The position numbers and the translations under genes are program-made. A model generated the notes under the pieces. The model saw only the letters and a program-made list of their open reading frames with translations. It ran no database searches and was not told the origin of the DNA. A DNA stretch of 64,000 bases, from NCBI GenBank assembly GCA_010909165.1, contig VJWM01000116.1:62001-126000 (forward strand), given 5' to 3'. Shown piece by piece: positions 24,093-36,235 of the stretch. The stretch is from Anthoceros angustus. Taxonomy: Eukaryota > Plantae > Anthocerotophyta. The first letter of the stretch is position 1. Every line of letters begins with the position of its first letter.

Positions 24093-27000
24093 TCAAGCCG
24101 TCACCACCTCATCCACAAGCTCGGGTTCTTCCAGCTCTGGTGGTGTCTCGTCCATGTCCAGTTGGCCACCTACTTCTACTTCTACCTCCTCCTCTTCCTC
24201 ATCTTCATCATCGTCTTCAGAGGTATCATCACCGTTCTTTTTACGTTTCTTCCTACCTCGACGCTCCTCCCAGGAGTTTTGAGAGGAACCTCGAATCCCG
24301 TTTGTCTCCAGCTTCACAAAACCTCGTGAATTCTTGAACAGGTACGGGGTCTGGAAGGCGAATATTGACAGGTTGGTGCACTCAAATGACATGTCCGTGA
24401 ACCTGGAGGCATGTCAGAACAGGACAGAAAACGTCAGCCTGGACTACATCCGATAACTCAATTCACAGGAAGCACTCAGCGGGCAAGGACCTGAAGGTGT
24501 TCAGGCACTCTGTTTCTTGCAGCACACGGCAGGAGCAACGGTATCCCTCCTTGTCCGGCTTTGCTGATGCATCTGGTTGTGCCTTCGTGAACTGACTCTC
24601 CAGTATGTACTGAACATCATGTCATTGGTGAGGTACATGGCCACATGATAGCTTTGCTAGCGGTGTATGAGCACACACGTACTTACCACAAAGTAATGAT
24701 TCCTCGCAGCAGGGCAGTGGATAGCCCAAATCTCGTCTTTCCCTGGATATATAAAATAACCATGGCCTATCTTGAAGCAGGAATTGACCCTGAGCACAGT
24801 GTAGTTCAATGAGACGGGAGGGAACATCATGGTACCGCAGACACTGGCTACACGGCAGTTACCCTTTAGACGTGGAGCAGCAGTTTCCAAAATCGCCCTT
24901 CTCAAACAGTACAAGACCCCACAACCCCAAAGCAGATTGGAGGAAAGAGCTGCCATAAACCTGTGGGAAAAGGCTACCCAGCAGTCTTGTCTTTCTACTT
25001 CCGTGTGGCAGTCGTACAGCCCAGTACCTCTATTTGGACTCCACTGATCAGCCTCTCGTCTCATGTACGCAGGTGCCAACTCAAAAAACGTCTGAAGCAT
25101 CCAAGGGGCACCTGCAGCTTGAGCATCAGAGAGTACTGGGAAGCTACTCCATTCGATTCATACAAGTTTCTGTGAATGGAACTCACACAACGATTTCCAG
25201 CCATGTCTTCTCCTTGGGAGAACTGACCACCAGTTCTTGACACAATTTCCGCGTACCAGTTTGGTCTCTTGCGTGAGTTGTACAATGCCCAGAGCTACAA
25301 GATCCAAGACACCGTGGATTGCTGATATGCCATGCGAACAATGCGCACTGCTGACATCCGGTGAAACCAGAATACTTCTGCTCTGCAACAAGTGGGTCAA
25401 GGGCTTCTACCTCCCTTCTTTCATTACAGTTGATTCTTCCTCACTAATTGCCTTTGGTAAACTGGCAGATGGGGACTGAGGAACCAATGCTTCATCAACC
25501 AGGGAGTGCAGGAGGTAGGCAATCACAGGAACCTGCTCAGAACAAAGCCACTGACCCAGTCAGTGCTGACCCCTAGAGCCAAAGTCATATTGTGCTACAT
25601 TTTAGAGCACCAGCCTACCGAGAATGAGTTTCCAAGCAAACTCCATCGAATCCTGTGCGACTCCTTAATTGTAGTTCCTTTCCTTCCTCTCCTGCCAACA
25701 CTGTCCATGAGGACCACAACCATGCCAGCATCATGAACAACAAAAGAACTTAACTGCGTCCATTTTGCTTGAGAAGGGTGTGAGACGATTAAATTCATCA
25801 CAGATGTCCAGCATTTCCAAATGCAGAGGGACAGACTGGTTTCTCACCCCTGCTATAGCTGACTTGTACTTGATGTTGGTGTACCCAGCTGGATAACCCA
25901 TAAGCTTCTCCAGCTCGGTTGTTGTGATGTAACGCAATGTCTTGGTCTCATTGTCGATTACTGCTGCAGCTGCGCTTTCGTTCCTGCAGTATAGTTTGCA
26001 GCCAAGATACACTGGACGTGCCAAAGGTAAAACATTAATCCTCTGGTAAAGTTCCCCGTCAGGTTTGGACAAATCAAACATGCCTGCCTAGAATACACCA
26101 ATGGCCAAGCTAAGCTAAAAACAAGATTACCCTGCTTTTAATTCAAGAGCGGTGGCTTTCTCTAGGATACTTTGCAATGATGTAGAATAGTGATTTCTCA
26201 GATTTGGCATCCGATAAGGGTGCCCAAAATTTGTCCAATAGAGACGCCTCCGTTTGTTGGGAGTAAGTTCTTGGGAATCAATCTCTATAGGAGACAATTT
26301 AAGCAATTCGAAATCTCATCCCTATCAACCCAAAACATTGAAGCAACATTTTCGGCAAGAAACCTGTCAAGACCATAACAGTCATAAGTACAGACAATAA
26401 TACAGGTCTTGAACTCTACCTTCTCAAATATCTACTTAAGGCAATCACAACGGTGAGTACTACGAGGGCAAACCCATGAACAAAGCATGTCTTGTGTTTA
26501 AAAACAGAGACCATAGATGTAAGATTCAACATGAGGGCATACATAAAAAGATGGAGTACCATCTTGGTGAGAAAAGCTCAATGATTCGGAGCATCTCAAA
26601 AATAGTCGACTTCTGGTGCCATGTAGCCTAGGGAGATGCAACAAATGTAGAGCGACAAAATGAGCAATCGTTCAGCACGAATGCTTCCCCAAATCCAAAA
26701 ACACTTGGGACGATGCAAGACGGTGAGCGTTTGTCAGAAGAGCCCAGCATCTGACTTTTGCTCCAATGCTTCTCTAGAAGGGATTTCAAATACTACTGAC
26801 CCAATCTTTTTCCCATTGCGCTGAGGTCTTGACATGGAAAGCCACCCACAATCAAATCCACTTTCTCCGTGATAGCATCTTTCGTTATTTCAGTTACATC
26901 TCCTATATGCTGGACGCTGGGATACCTTGCCTTCAAGAGTTGAACAGCATAGTGATTCTGGAATGATCAAACCAAAGTCCATGTGATCATGGTTGAAGCA

Positions 27001-28061
27001 AGGCATCACCTGAGCTCAACTTCTGCGGGTTATGTTTTCCGACACACACACAGAGACACACAAAGACTCAAAGGGGATGCCGTGCTCGGCCTCCAGTCTT
27101 GCCCTTGTTCCTACAATGCCCTGTTGCAGTACCTAGCAGCAAAGCACAGTAGTTGCATTAAACTGGATTCTTGCATGCTAGAGCAGCGTACTCACGATTT
27201 CAGCGCTATATCCCTTGTACGGGATCCCAAGATGGCTGAGAGCAGCCCACACCCCACCAATGCCGTCAAAGAGGCTAAGGACTACCAGTGGGGGACCCTG
27301 CCATAGCCCTGGGTCAAGCTTCAAAGACTTCAGCCAACTCTCAGCACTGCTGGGGTCCTCAGCTGCGCTGGTGAGCCGCAGCACCTGCATAGCCGCCCAC
27401 CAGGCTCAATACACCCTTCTCGTGCCCCTCCCTGCCCCATGCAAACCTCCAGCTCCATACCTCCTTGTGCAAGAACTGCCGCAGCCGCTCCTCCATGCCA
27501 CATTCCAGGCGAGCTAGCGCTTCCAGCATGGAGCCAGCTGTCCAGACCAGATACGTCAGCAGCAAGAAGAGAGGAAAGGAAACCACGACGCAGGAGCGAG
27601 AGACCACGAGAAGCCGGAGCAAGACCCCGGCTGCATGCGCCAACAAGAAGGCTTACTACCGACAGGCTCCCTGGACAGAAATGGAAGGCGTCTGTACCTA
27701 CCATGTGTCTGCTTTCACACTGCAGTCAAAAGGGGTGAACGTGAGCGAGCAGAGAAGGACTAGCCGTGCGGACGGAGACGGAATCCGATTCCCAGCCTGT
27801 TCTCGCCTCCATCTGTGACGACGTGGAAACATGGCAACGTGGCCCAGGCTTCCGTCTCCCGGCCACCCAGTGGGCCCCGTCGCTGCCCCCCCGTCTGCGC
27901 AGCGACCAAGATACTTCCTGCGCACACAATGCGCTTGCATGCCCGTAAGTATCTTGATTCTTCCTCCGCGCCAAGTTCTCCGTCAATTCCCTGCTTTCAG
28001 AGACACCTGCTTCTTCCCTCCCTCGTCTCTGCCTTCCAGCTCCCAGCTTCCAGCTGCCCAT
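24093..28061 (-). CDS. DNMT3: Plant DNMT3-type DNA (cytosine-5) methyltransferase with C-terminal DUF3444, copy 1
   Basis: Motifs in unpermuted order: I VLSLFDGIGG, II/III YSAEI...HIGDV, IV DLIVGGFPCQDLS, VI FLAENV, VIII KRRRLYWTN, IX ELEKLMGYPAGYT, X RWSLLGNSFS|VPVI. Then DUF3444-like EGE|LWALYNSRKRPNWYAEIV...WVAFSH...FIYPGKDEIWAI, a basic RRGRKKRKK stretch and an acidic tail. 5' exons above 27540 are uncertain. Confidence 0.85.
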
Positions 28062-28198
28062 CTTCCACTTCAATCCAGTCTTGGGCACTAGAGGGCCCCG
28101 TCCCGTCTGAGGAAGGCGGAATTGTGCAGCCCCATCGTTTGAATCCGGGCGAGAATTCGCCGCCACTGGCGACAACCGCCGCCTGCTTCCGTTCGGGG

Positions 28199-29724
28199 AT
28201 GGCAGCCGCGTGGGACACTCTGCTCAGACCGACAGCGCTGCAGGAGCCGCTTTGTGCCACCAGGAGGGCCGGTCCCGAGTGTGCGAAGCTCGGGTGAGGA
28301 GGTCTGCTGCCGCGGATTCCAGCTTCGGTGCAATTCGGGGAGAGGATTGGTGAAGCACAGCCAGCAGCAGGTCTGTCGGTGTGGTAGCGGTAGCTTTTTC
28401 CGCAAGGGAGTAGAGCAGAAGACGAGGATTCTGGCAGCAGGTAGACAAGGGGCAGGAGGGGTGGGGAGGAGGAGGATACAGGAAGGAGCAGCGATGGCGG
28501 GTCTCCGGAAAGCAGGCCGCCGGGGAGGACCCAATTGTCGATCAAGCTCTGAACCTGACGGGAAAATTCCTCCGACATCAGACGGATTTTTGAAGACGGT
28601 CTCCTCTCGGGCTTACGACATGCGACGGCAGCTCCAGCAGAACATGGACGCCAGTAGCTATGATGGTACTGTCTGATTCCGATTCCCGATCTGATTCCGG
28701 TACGTGCATCGTTTGCTTTTTCGCTTTAGGAATTGCTACAGGACGTCCTTCTGCTCTGGAGCAGGCATCAGGGTAATCAGAGCATGTTGTGTTCTTGGAA
28801 TACCAGGAGAGGAGTTCTGTGCACATGCAGGGATGCTAAACTGTGTCAAGGTGTGGATTTGAGTTTTCAATCACCCATTGTGCCCTTGTTTCCATGCAAT
28901 GCAATGCAGTGTTGGAGGCTAATCCATGGAGGGATTCCTCTAAGCCAGTCTACGTTCTTGCGAAAGAGGAGGACGAGCTTCTCACCATGAGGACGAGGAG
29001 GGTGCGGAGGTGTTCACCGATTCCCTCTTACTCACACCTTGTGCTTTCTTTCCATAACCAAGTGGTCCACCAGTGCACCATGTCCAGCTGATTAGGGCAG
29101 ACGGTTCTGTGCTCATTGTGCACTAACCGAGATTGTTTCTTATGAAAGCCAGTGAGGTCGAGAGGGAGTTGGGGCTCCTGTTCCCTAAACGAGGCAGCAG
29201 GCGAGGGAACTCCAAAAGGCCAACCACCACGTACGAGAACGTGTCATCGTCCATGCCCACCACCACCGACAACCGGTTTCGGATGTCGGTGGAGGACGTC
29301 CGCGAGGGAGTTCTGGTAGGCCTGCTGTACTGAAAGCCACTTCAAGAGCTTGAACCCTCTTCCGAACTTCTCTCAAGAGACCTCACACTAGACTGGACCC
29401 CTGCAGGTTTTCGAGGACGAGGAAGAAGCAACCCGCTACTGCAGCCTGCTTGACGGCCAGGGCAAGAGCTGTATGGGCGTAGCAGAGTTGGATGCATCTG
29501 ATGTAAGCAGAGATTCTGTAAGCAGCTGCTTTGCTTCTGGGTCCTTCTTGCTTCAGTAACCAGGTACTCGTTTGGTGATTCCTCGGTCCTCTCTTCTGCA
29601 GGTGTTCGCCATGTGTCAGAAGACTCAGGCGTTGGCCGTGGTGTTTCGTCGTGGCCAGACTCCTCCTCAACCTGACCGACTCCAACTCAACCTCAAGGCC
29701 AGAAAGCGGTCTTTGGAGGACTGA
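28199..29724 (+). CDS. DUF3110-like putative plastid protein, copy 1
   Basis: Spliced ORF: ...RAYDMRRQLQQNMDASSYD|VLEANPWRDSSKPVYVL...|EVERELGLLF...EDVREGVL|VFEDEEEATRYCSLLDGQGKSCMGVAELDASD|VFAMCQKTQALAVVFRRGQTPPQPDRLQLNLKARKRSLED*. The VL.FE.E.EA.RY..LL..Q pattern resembles DUF3110. Confidence 0.6.
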
Positions 29725-31681
29725 CACCTGCCCTGCAACCGGTCTGGTTTCGGTTTCCCATTTCCCCCTGACATGACCAGGTACGCGGAACCTCGGTCTC
29801 CTTCCCACCTCACGTCGCTACCGTTGTAGCCACTTGTACATAATTGGATGTCGTCAGGAACAGTTCATCTGATTCATCGAACGTAGTTTTTCTGAGGTGC
29901 ACTTAATACAACGTTCTCTTTATTGCTAGGTGTAAGAATAGAATAGGTTTAATTTTTGTAATGGGGAATTTATTTTTATATATTGGTAATGAGGTGAAAG
30001 CGAAGGGGAATCAGGACCCTCGCTGAAGATTTCTCCCCGGTTTTTGATCTGTTTTTAACATACTAAACTTAAACAAAAGAGGTAATGCGGTGGATGCGCA
30101 CTCTAACTAGCGGAAAGAGTACGTAGTTTGAAGGAGGATATGTTGAATATTGCATCTTGAACTGTCTCAACCCAACTCTGTCAAAGCCCAAAGTCTGTTC
30201 ATCGATTGGCCTTTTCTAAACGCTTTCTCCAAGTTTTTTCGTTTCCCCTTGGTCAACCCATAACCCGAAATCTACTCGTGTTGAGTTGTTCAGCGCAGTG
30301 TTTGGGCTCTTGAATTTCTTTCACACGCGGGTTTCCCTTTAAATCTTTGAGTGATGTCCGTGAATGGGGTGGATTTCATGTTAGATTTAACAGCAAAAAA
30401 AACAAATCTCCATAGGAATGTCTAGACCACATCGAGCACAAAGATTCTACAAATGCCTATCAGCCTCGGCATCTACCTTTGGTTCTACTAAACTGGAGGC
30501 GCTCACAAGGAGCGTCCTCTCCATGACCTAGGCCAATGCCAGCTCCCGTGGCCCCTATCCACCAACCGTTCTGTTGGTGGTTACCTTACCGTGATCGAGG
30601 AATCACTAACATATATTCTCCGAAGGACGGTTTGTGGCCGGTGGCGTTGTGAGGCCATTGGCTGAAGGTAGCAGCAGTCGATGATTTTTGGAGACATTGT
30701 GTGCAAAGTCCGCCCTACTGCGCCGTAGCTATGCAGCAGTGTTTCATGGTTTGCAAATATGTTGCAATTGCTATGGAGGTCCGTTATGTTCCATTCTAGG
30801 ATAGCAACTACTTCCTGGTTTGGTCTTATGATGAAAGATTTTGCTCAACGTGGATTGTTGTGAGGTGACAAAACCGACCACAGATGCTCCTCCGGGCCAT
30901 GGCTATGGAGTTTTTCGTGAGACATTGAAAATGTGAGGGTGGGAATGAGGGTCCATGTTTTCCCGAACACATGAGTTGATAGAGCAAAGACGTGCTTGTA
31001 ATTGTGCAGCTCAAAACGGGTCACTGATTTTCCCGAATTACTTATCGCTTATAAAGTCATTCCTCAAAACAAGGGAAAGCCCCTTCGCATTCGGGGTCAA
31101 TTAGTTGTAAAGATCTTGATGAAAAGACACGGAACTTGCCCAATCATTTCATTTTGAAAAAGAAGAGAATGCCACTTGGACTTTCTAACATATCCTTGTC
31201 CTTATCAAATGTATGCATGGATAGGAATTTCTTTTGTGGTTGCGTGGAATGCCGAGAAATATGTGCATAGAATCACCTATACAATAGATCCCCAACCTAT
31301 TCACTTTGCAATTCAAGGGTTTGAGAGATTTTCATATTACATACTAGTTATGTACATAGACCTTTACATGTTTGTAAGCACGAGGAATTAGCGTATATAG
31401 TAATAGAGATGGTGCACGATGTTATCCTTCATGGGGCTTTGGATTGCTAGAAAACACTTAAATGATGTGCCACCATGGATGTAAGCGGTGGTTTCTCCGG
31501 CAGAATGGGTTTACAACTTTACAGTTGCATTGGCAAGCGATAAGCTATGAAGGGCACATTTCTTCAGCTTATTTTTGACATAGTTTTCTACTTCCAAAAT
31601 TTTACGCTATGACATTGGTCCATATATCAAGGATGGTGGACTAAAATTATCGAAAGAAGAGCAATTCCGGAACATATGATA

Positions 31682-33700
31682 TGTTTGTAAGCACTTCATA
31701 GGAAATATGGAGGCTTTAAAAGAAGCGAGATGGGAAGACCCATCTACCCCAAGCCGATGGGGAACAACCCACAAGAGGGCCGGAGGCCAGGGGCTAGCCC
31801 TCACAAATGTCGAACTAACTATCTACCACTCCAAGAATGTCGTCTCGAGATAACAAAAGGCCTACCTACGACCGGTGAGGGCAGGTAAGGCGCCTCGGCA
31901 CCGCCTGATTGGGCACCACACCGCTTGGCCCGTGCTCTACGCACTCCTACTGCCCGTGCTCGCGCTATGCACTCGCTCGCGCTATGCACTCCGCTCCGCT
32001 CCGTGCTCGTGCTCCGTGCTCGTGCTCAGGCTCCGTGCTCCGTGCTCGTGCTCCGTGCTCCGTGCTCGTGCTCGTGCTCCATGCTCCGTGCTCCGCTCCG
32101 TGCTCCCCGCTCAGGCTCGTGCTCGCGGCTCGTGCTCAGGCTCCGTGCTCCGCGTGCTCCGCGTGCTCCGCGTGCTCGTGCTCCGCTCCGTGACCAAGAT
32201 AAAATATATCACCCCATATTATAAATGGGGTGTAAGCACTTCATAGAAGATATGGGTAAGATATATATATATTTGTCCGGTAAGCAAATATTGATGAAAG
32301 ACATGATTAAGACATAGTATTTTGAGTAATTAATACACGGAACTGTTAGGCAGAAGCATGAGCTTAGGCATGAGGAAGTATCTTTCCCAACCAAGTGGGG
32401 ATGCATTGAGAGAAGTGCATTCCAAGGATATTAAGCATGTGATAAGGAATGAAAGGTCCTGGTTGTAAGTGCCCCTTGGCACTTCGAAATTGTATCTGGG
32501 AGTTTTGAGCCTTTTGGAGTATAAGAAGGACAGTTAGACTGAATTTTATGAGGGCAAGTTTGGGGAAAAGCTACCTTCCCCTTCCAAGTACTGCGTGCTG
32601 CAATGTTTTTTCCTGCTTTGCTGTTCTAATGGTTTCAAGTAGTGATTTTGGAGCATCTCATGCTTCACCCCTCACCCTTTTTGCGGAAGGTTTGCTAGGT
32701 TGGATTTTTTGCTGTAGCAGGCTTGCATGCTATGTGTGTATCCAGCACAACAGCCGGCATGGCTCACTGACATGCTTCCGCTAGTGGCCCACTGTGTATT
32801 GTTTGGCTGATCTTGTCTCTATTCCCTCTTTATACAATGGGCTACCTTGTTGATCCTCTTTTGTGATGTCTTGGTGTGGAGTAAAGACTGTAGGATTGCT
32901 GTTGTATGTGCCTCTGCCTCGTGACCGCCCAAGGCCCGTGCTCCATGCTCCGCGTGCTTTGTGCTCTTCGCTCCGTGACCAAGATAAATATATCACCCCA
33001 TATTATATATGGGGTGTAAGCACTTCATAGAAGATATGAGTAAGATATATATATATTTGTCCGTAAGCAAATGTTGATGAAAGACATGATTAAGACATAG
33101 TATTTTGAGTAATTAATACATGGAACTATTAGGCGTAAGCATGAGCTTAGGCATGAGGAAGTATCTTTCCCAACCAAGTAGGGATGCATTGAGAGAAGTG
33201 CATTCCAAGGATATTAAGCATGTGACAAGGAATGAAAGGTCCTAGTTGTAAGTGCCTTGGCACTGGAACTCAGATCCGGAGTTTTGAGGCTTTTGGAGTA
33301 TAAGAAGGACAGTTAGACTAAATTTTATGAGGGGCGAACAATACTGGAGCAAGTTTGGGGAAAAGCTACCTTCCCCTTCCAAGTACTGCATGCTACAATG
33401 TTTTTTCCTGCTTTGCTGTTCTGATGGTTTCAAGTAGTGATTTTGGAGCATCTCATGCCTCAGCCCTCACTCTTTTTGCAGAAGGGTTGCTAGTTTGGAT
33501 TTGTTGCTGTAGCATACTTGCATGCTATGTGTGTATCCAAAGACACCAGGCATGGCTCACGACATGCTTCCGCTAGTGGCCCACTATGTATTATTTATTG
33601 ATCTTGTCTCTACTCCCTCTCTATACAACGGGCTACCTTGCATCCTCTTTGTGATGTCTTGGTGTGGAGTAAAGATTGTAGGATTCTGAGTTATCAAACA
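31682..33700. mobile_element. Composite repeat, possibly LTR- or transposon-derived, with three TGTAAGCACTTCATAG-headed units, a GC-rich microsatellite and hairpins
   Basis: Ends are TGTTTG...CAAACA. An internal ~784-bp unit is repeated (32231 and 33015). Hairpins CACCCCAT-loop-ATGGGGTG lie at 32210-32232 and 32994-33016. No TSD, PBS or coding domain was recognised. Confidence 0.45.
31930..32190. repeat. (CCGTGCT/CGTGCT)n mixed 7/6-mer microsatellite; also ~48310-48545, ~61985-62210 and ~63080-63360
   Basis: Directly visible runs such as ccgtgctccgtgctcgtgctcgtgctcc. Confidence 0.95.
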
Positions 33701-34035
33701 TTAGGATGCCTCGAACTCCCAAGCCAATCACCAAGCGAGGACAAACACTTGCTAGAACTCACTATCCTTCTTGTTCTTTCTATCTCAAAACATGATGATG
33801 GAAGTCGCCAGCAGGATGCTAATTTTCTTTCTAGTCTAACTGCACAAGGCACCGGGTCACTAGTCGCCCTTGCCTTTGCTGCTGAATAATGCGTTGTTCT
33901 CGCCTCGAGTGCGTGAATAGAAAAGCGAATACTCATATGATTGCCATTTTCCACACACAACAAAATTCATTTTCAAATATTCATTTTGTCATCCCACCCA
34001 CAATAACCGCCCTTCCGCCTATTTCACATGAGCCT

Positions 34036-34083
34036 TGACGGAAATCCGTCCTTAGTGGACTTAAAAGAATTCTTCTTCTTCTT
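34036..34083 (+). mobile_element. Second copy of the ~50-bp stem-loop/(TTC)n element, with a candidate target-site duplication
   Basis: Matches 6861-6914; flanked by tgagccttg on the left and tgaagccttg on the right. Confidence 0.55.
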
Positions 34084-34369
34084 GAAGCCTTGGCAGTAGC
34101 GTGTCTCCCCAGAAGTTCATAATTTGGAACTTTTCCAAAATACGGAGTTTGATTAAGGAGGAATTGGAGCGTTATTTGTGATATCAAAAGCGCATGGGGA
34201 CATCTAGCCTTCATATGTCGCCATTGTGCGACACATGCTAGCGGGTCAGAGCCACGGGTCATTGGGATGGACATTTAATGCTCATGCTCGGGAAGTTGGT
34301 GTGTGCACAGATTTCCACACCCACACCTCGTTGTTGCTCCACTTCATCTCGTTCTGGCGAGAGCTGGAA

Positions 34370-35645
34370 ATGGAGCGTGTAATGCTCCTGTATGCGGTGA
34401 AGGGGAGCAACGATGGCCTCACCGGCAGCAGCGCTGCGAGCTCAAATGAGTGCCGCATGGATGCGGCACTTTGGGAGGGCCTGCCCGAAGACATCCGTGA
34501 GAGAGTGCTGATGAGGGTTCCGGCGTCAGCTCAATTCCGATTCCGGACGGTGTGCAAGGCCTGGCGAGCCGTGCTCTCGGCTCCGCAGTTTCTCTCTCGG
34601 CAGATGGCCAACTTCCCCGGGACAGTGCGGCTCTCACGCCTGCCATCTGCGCCTTCACGATTCTGGATTGCCGCGGCATGGGGAAGGGCGGTGCAGCGCG
34701 GCATGGTCCTCGCTGGTGTCCTCGCTCTTCTTCAAACCGGATCTTGGGGTGCTGCCGGCCAAATTCCATCGCCTGTACGTCCTGCATTGGTGCTCGGATT
34801 GTGACAAGATTGTGTCCAACCACGGCCTGCTCTGCTTCTGCCTAGGAGGGAGGAGCAGGTTCGAGCTCTGCGTCCTCAACCCCATGACCGGGAGGTGGAA
34901 GGAGCTGCCAGGGTTGAGCGTTCCGCAGCAGAGTTTCTGGAAAATGCAGGTGGAGGTGCTGGACAATGCGGGCTTCCATGTGGTTGTCATCTTGTGCAGC
35001 CAGTGTCGGAGCCTGTGGACAGTCTGCGTTTTCTCTTCTCACACGGGGATGTGGAGGATTACCCGAGGACAGAACGCTCCCGGAGTACTCTTCAGCAAGT
35101 GGACAAACAGCGCGCTGGTTCTGGCCGACGGCAGGCTGTACGGATGGGATTCCAGCGGCCTGCACATGACCATTCATAGCGTAGCCAGTGCCGCGCTCCT
35201 GGTCCACTGCAACAGGTCGCTTCCCGTTGCCGGGGAGCGCAACGGCTGCTGCGACCACCACGTTGTGCAGCATCGAGGGTTGGTTTACTTTGTCACAAGT
35301 GGAGACAACTTCTGTTACCGCATCTTCAAGCTGGAAGAGCGGGGCTGGATGTGGAAGCCAATCGCGGAGTTACCAGACAAGATGCACCGCAGAATGCTGC
35401 GAGATTTCTGTGTCTCTTTGTTGAAACCACGGCATTGCACCGTCGTCGGTGACTTTCTCTGTGTTGTAATGGGGGTAAAAGAAGGCATAGGGGACCCTCC
35501 TAGAAGCAGAAGTCGCATGCTTGCCTATCACATCGTGGAGCAGTCGTGGCATTTGTTCCTCAATGACCAGCTGCAGGACGAACATCCTTTACACAACTTT
35601 ATTACGCTCCGGTTCTTCAAACCTAGATTTGATCTGCTCCCTTGA
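34370..35645 (+). CDS. Intronless F-box protein (F-box plus kelch/FBA-like beta-propeller), copy 1
   Basis: MDAALWEGLPEDIRERVLMRVP...RFRTVCKAWRAVL (F-box); SNHGLLC, VLNPMTGRWKELP; ends FFKPRFDLLP*. Apparent frameshifts fall at different positions in copies 1 and 2. Confidence 0.88.
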
Positions 35646-36235
35646 TGTACTCACTGGTCTCACCAACTTGGGGGACGTCTCTGCAAAGACTATGTTCTGC
35701 ACCAAACACTCTCCCTCCTTTCTGCTTGGATGTTCGTCTTGGTGCTAGAATCTGGCCACTTCTTAGCACCATGACCGACACCCAATCTGGAAGGAGGCAG
35801 AGTCCAGCGCAACAATGTGCAAAGGTATTCTAATCCATGATGCACTCCTTATCCGACCAGGAAATGAATCTACATCCAAGCAACGAAGCTAGCAAGCATG
35901 TCGACACGTCCTAAGCACCTACACGTCCTATGCACCTACACTGGAGCAGTGTGACACCCGTCCACTGTACACTGGAGGAGTATGCTAAACGTAGGTGACG
36001 TGAGAAAACAGAAAGCCGCTGAAAAGGAAACCCATAGAAACTAACCGGCGTTAGTGTATTAATCCAGGCACCACAGCTTGTTCGATGAACTTTCATCGTA
36101 CAATGCTGGTTCCGCAAAAGACAATAATTCAAATATCTGGATCTTGTTTCATCAGCAGCTGGTCACCAGCAAAAGCTTGGGAGTGCAAATTTGTTGCTGT
36201 TACAGGCTTGCAAAGAACACCATGTCAAGGACTTG

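Noticed and set aside
25600-27300. Bacterial or phage restriction-modification methyltransferase acquired by recent horizontal transfer
   Set aside because: The gene has many spliceosomal introns, a plant DUF3444-like fusion and plant neighbours, and no endonuclease is present.
32210-32232. Hairpin as a geminivirus/CRESS replication origin
   Set aside because: The loop (ATTATAA or TAT) does not match the NANTATTAC nonamer, and no Rep ORF was recognised.
31875-32246. Cys/Arg/Ala-rich ORFs (also 48281-48609, 61762-62299, 62976-63409)
   Set aside because: They are translations of the stop-free GTGCTC microsatellite, open in several frames and not conserved between copies.
31682-33700. Confident solo-LTR call
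   Set aside because: TG...CA ends exist, but the flanks (tgata / ttagg) give no 4-6 bp TSD and no PBS or PPT is adjacent.
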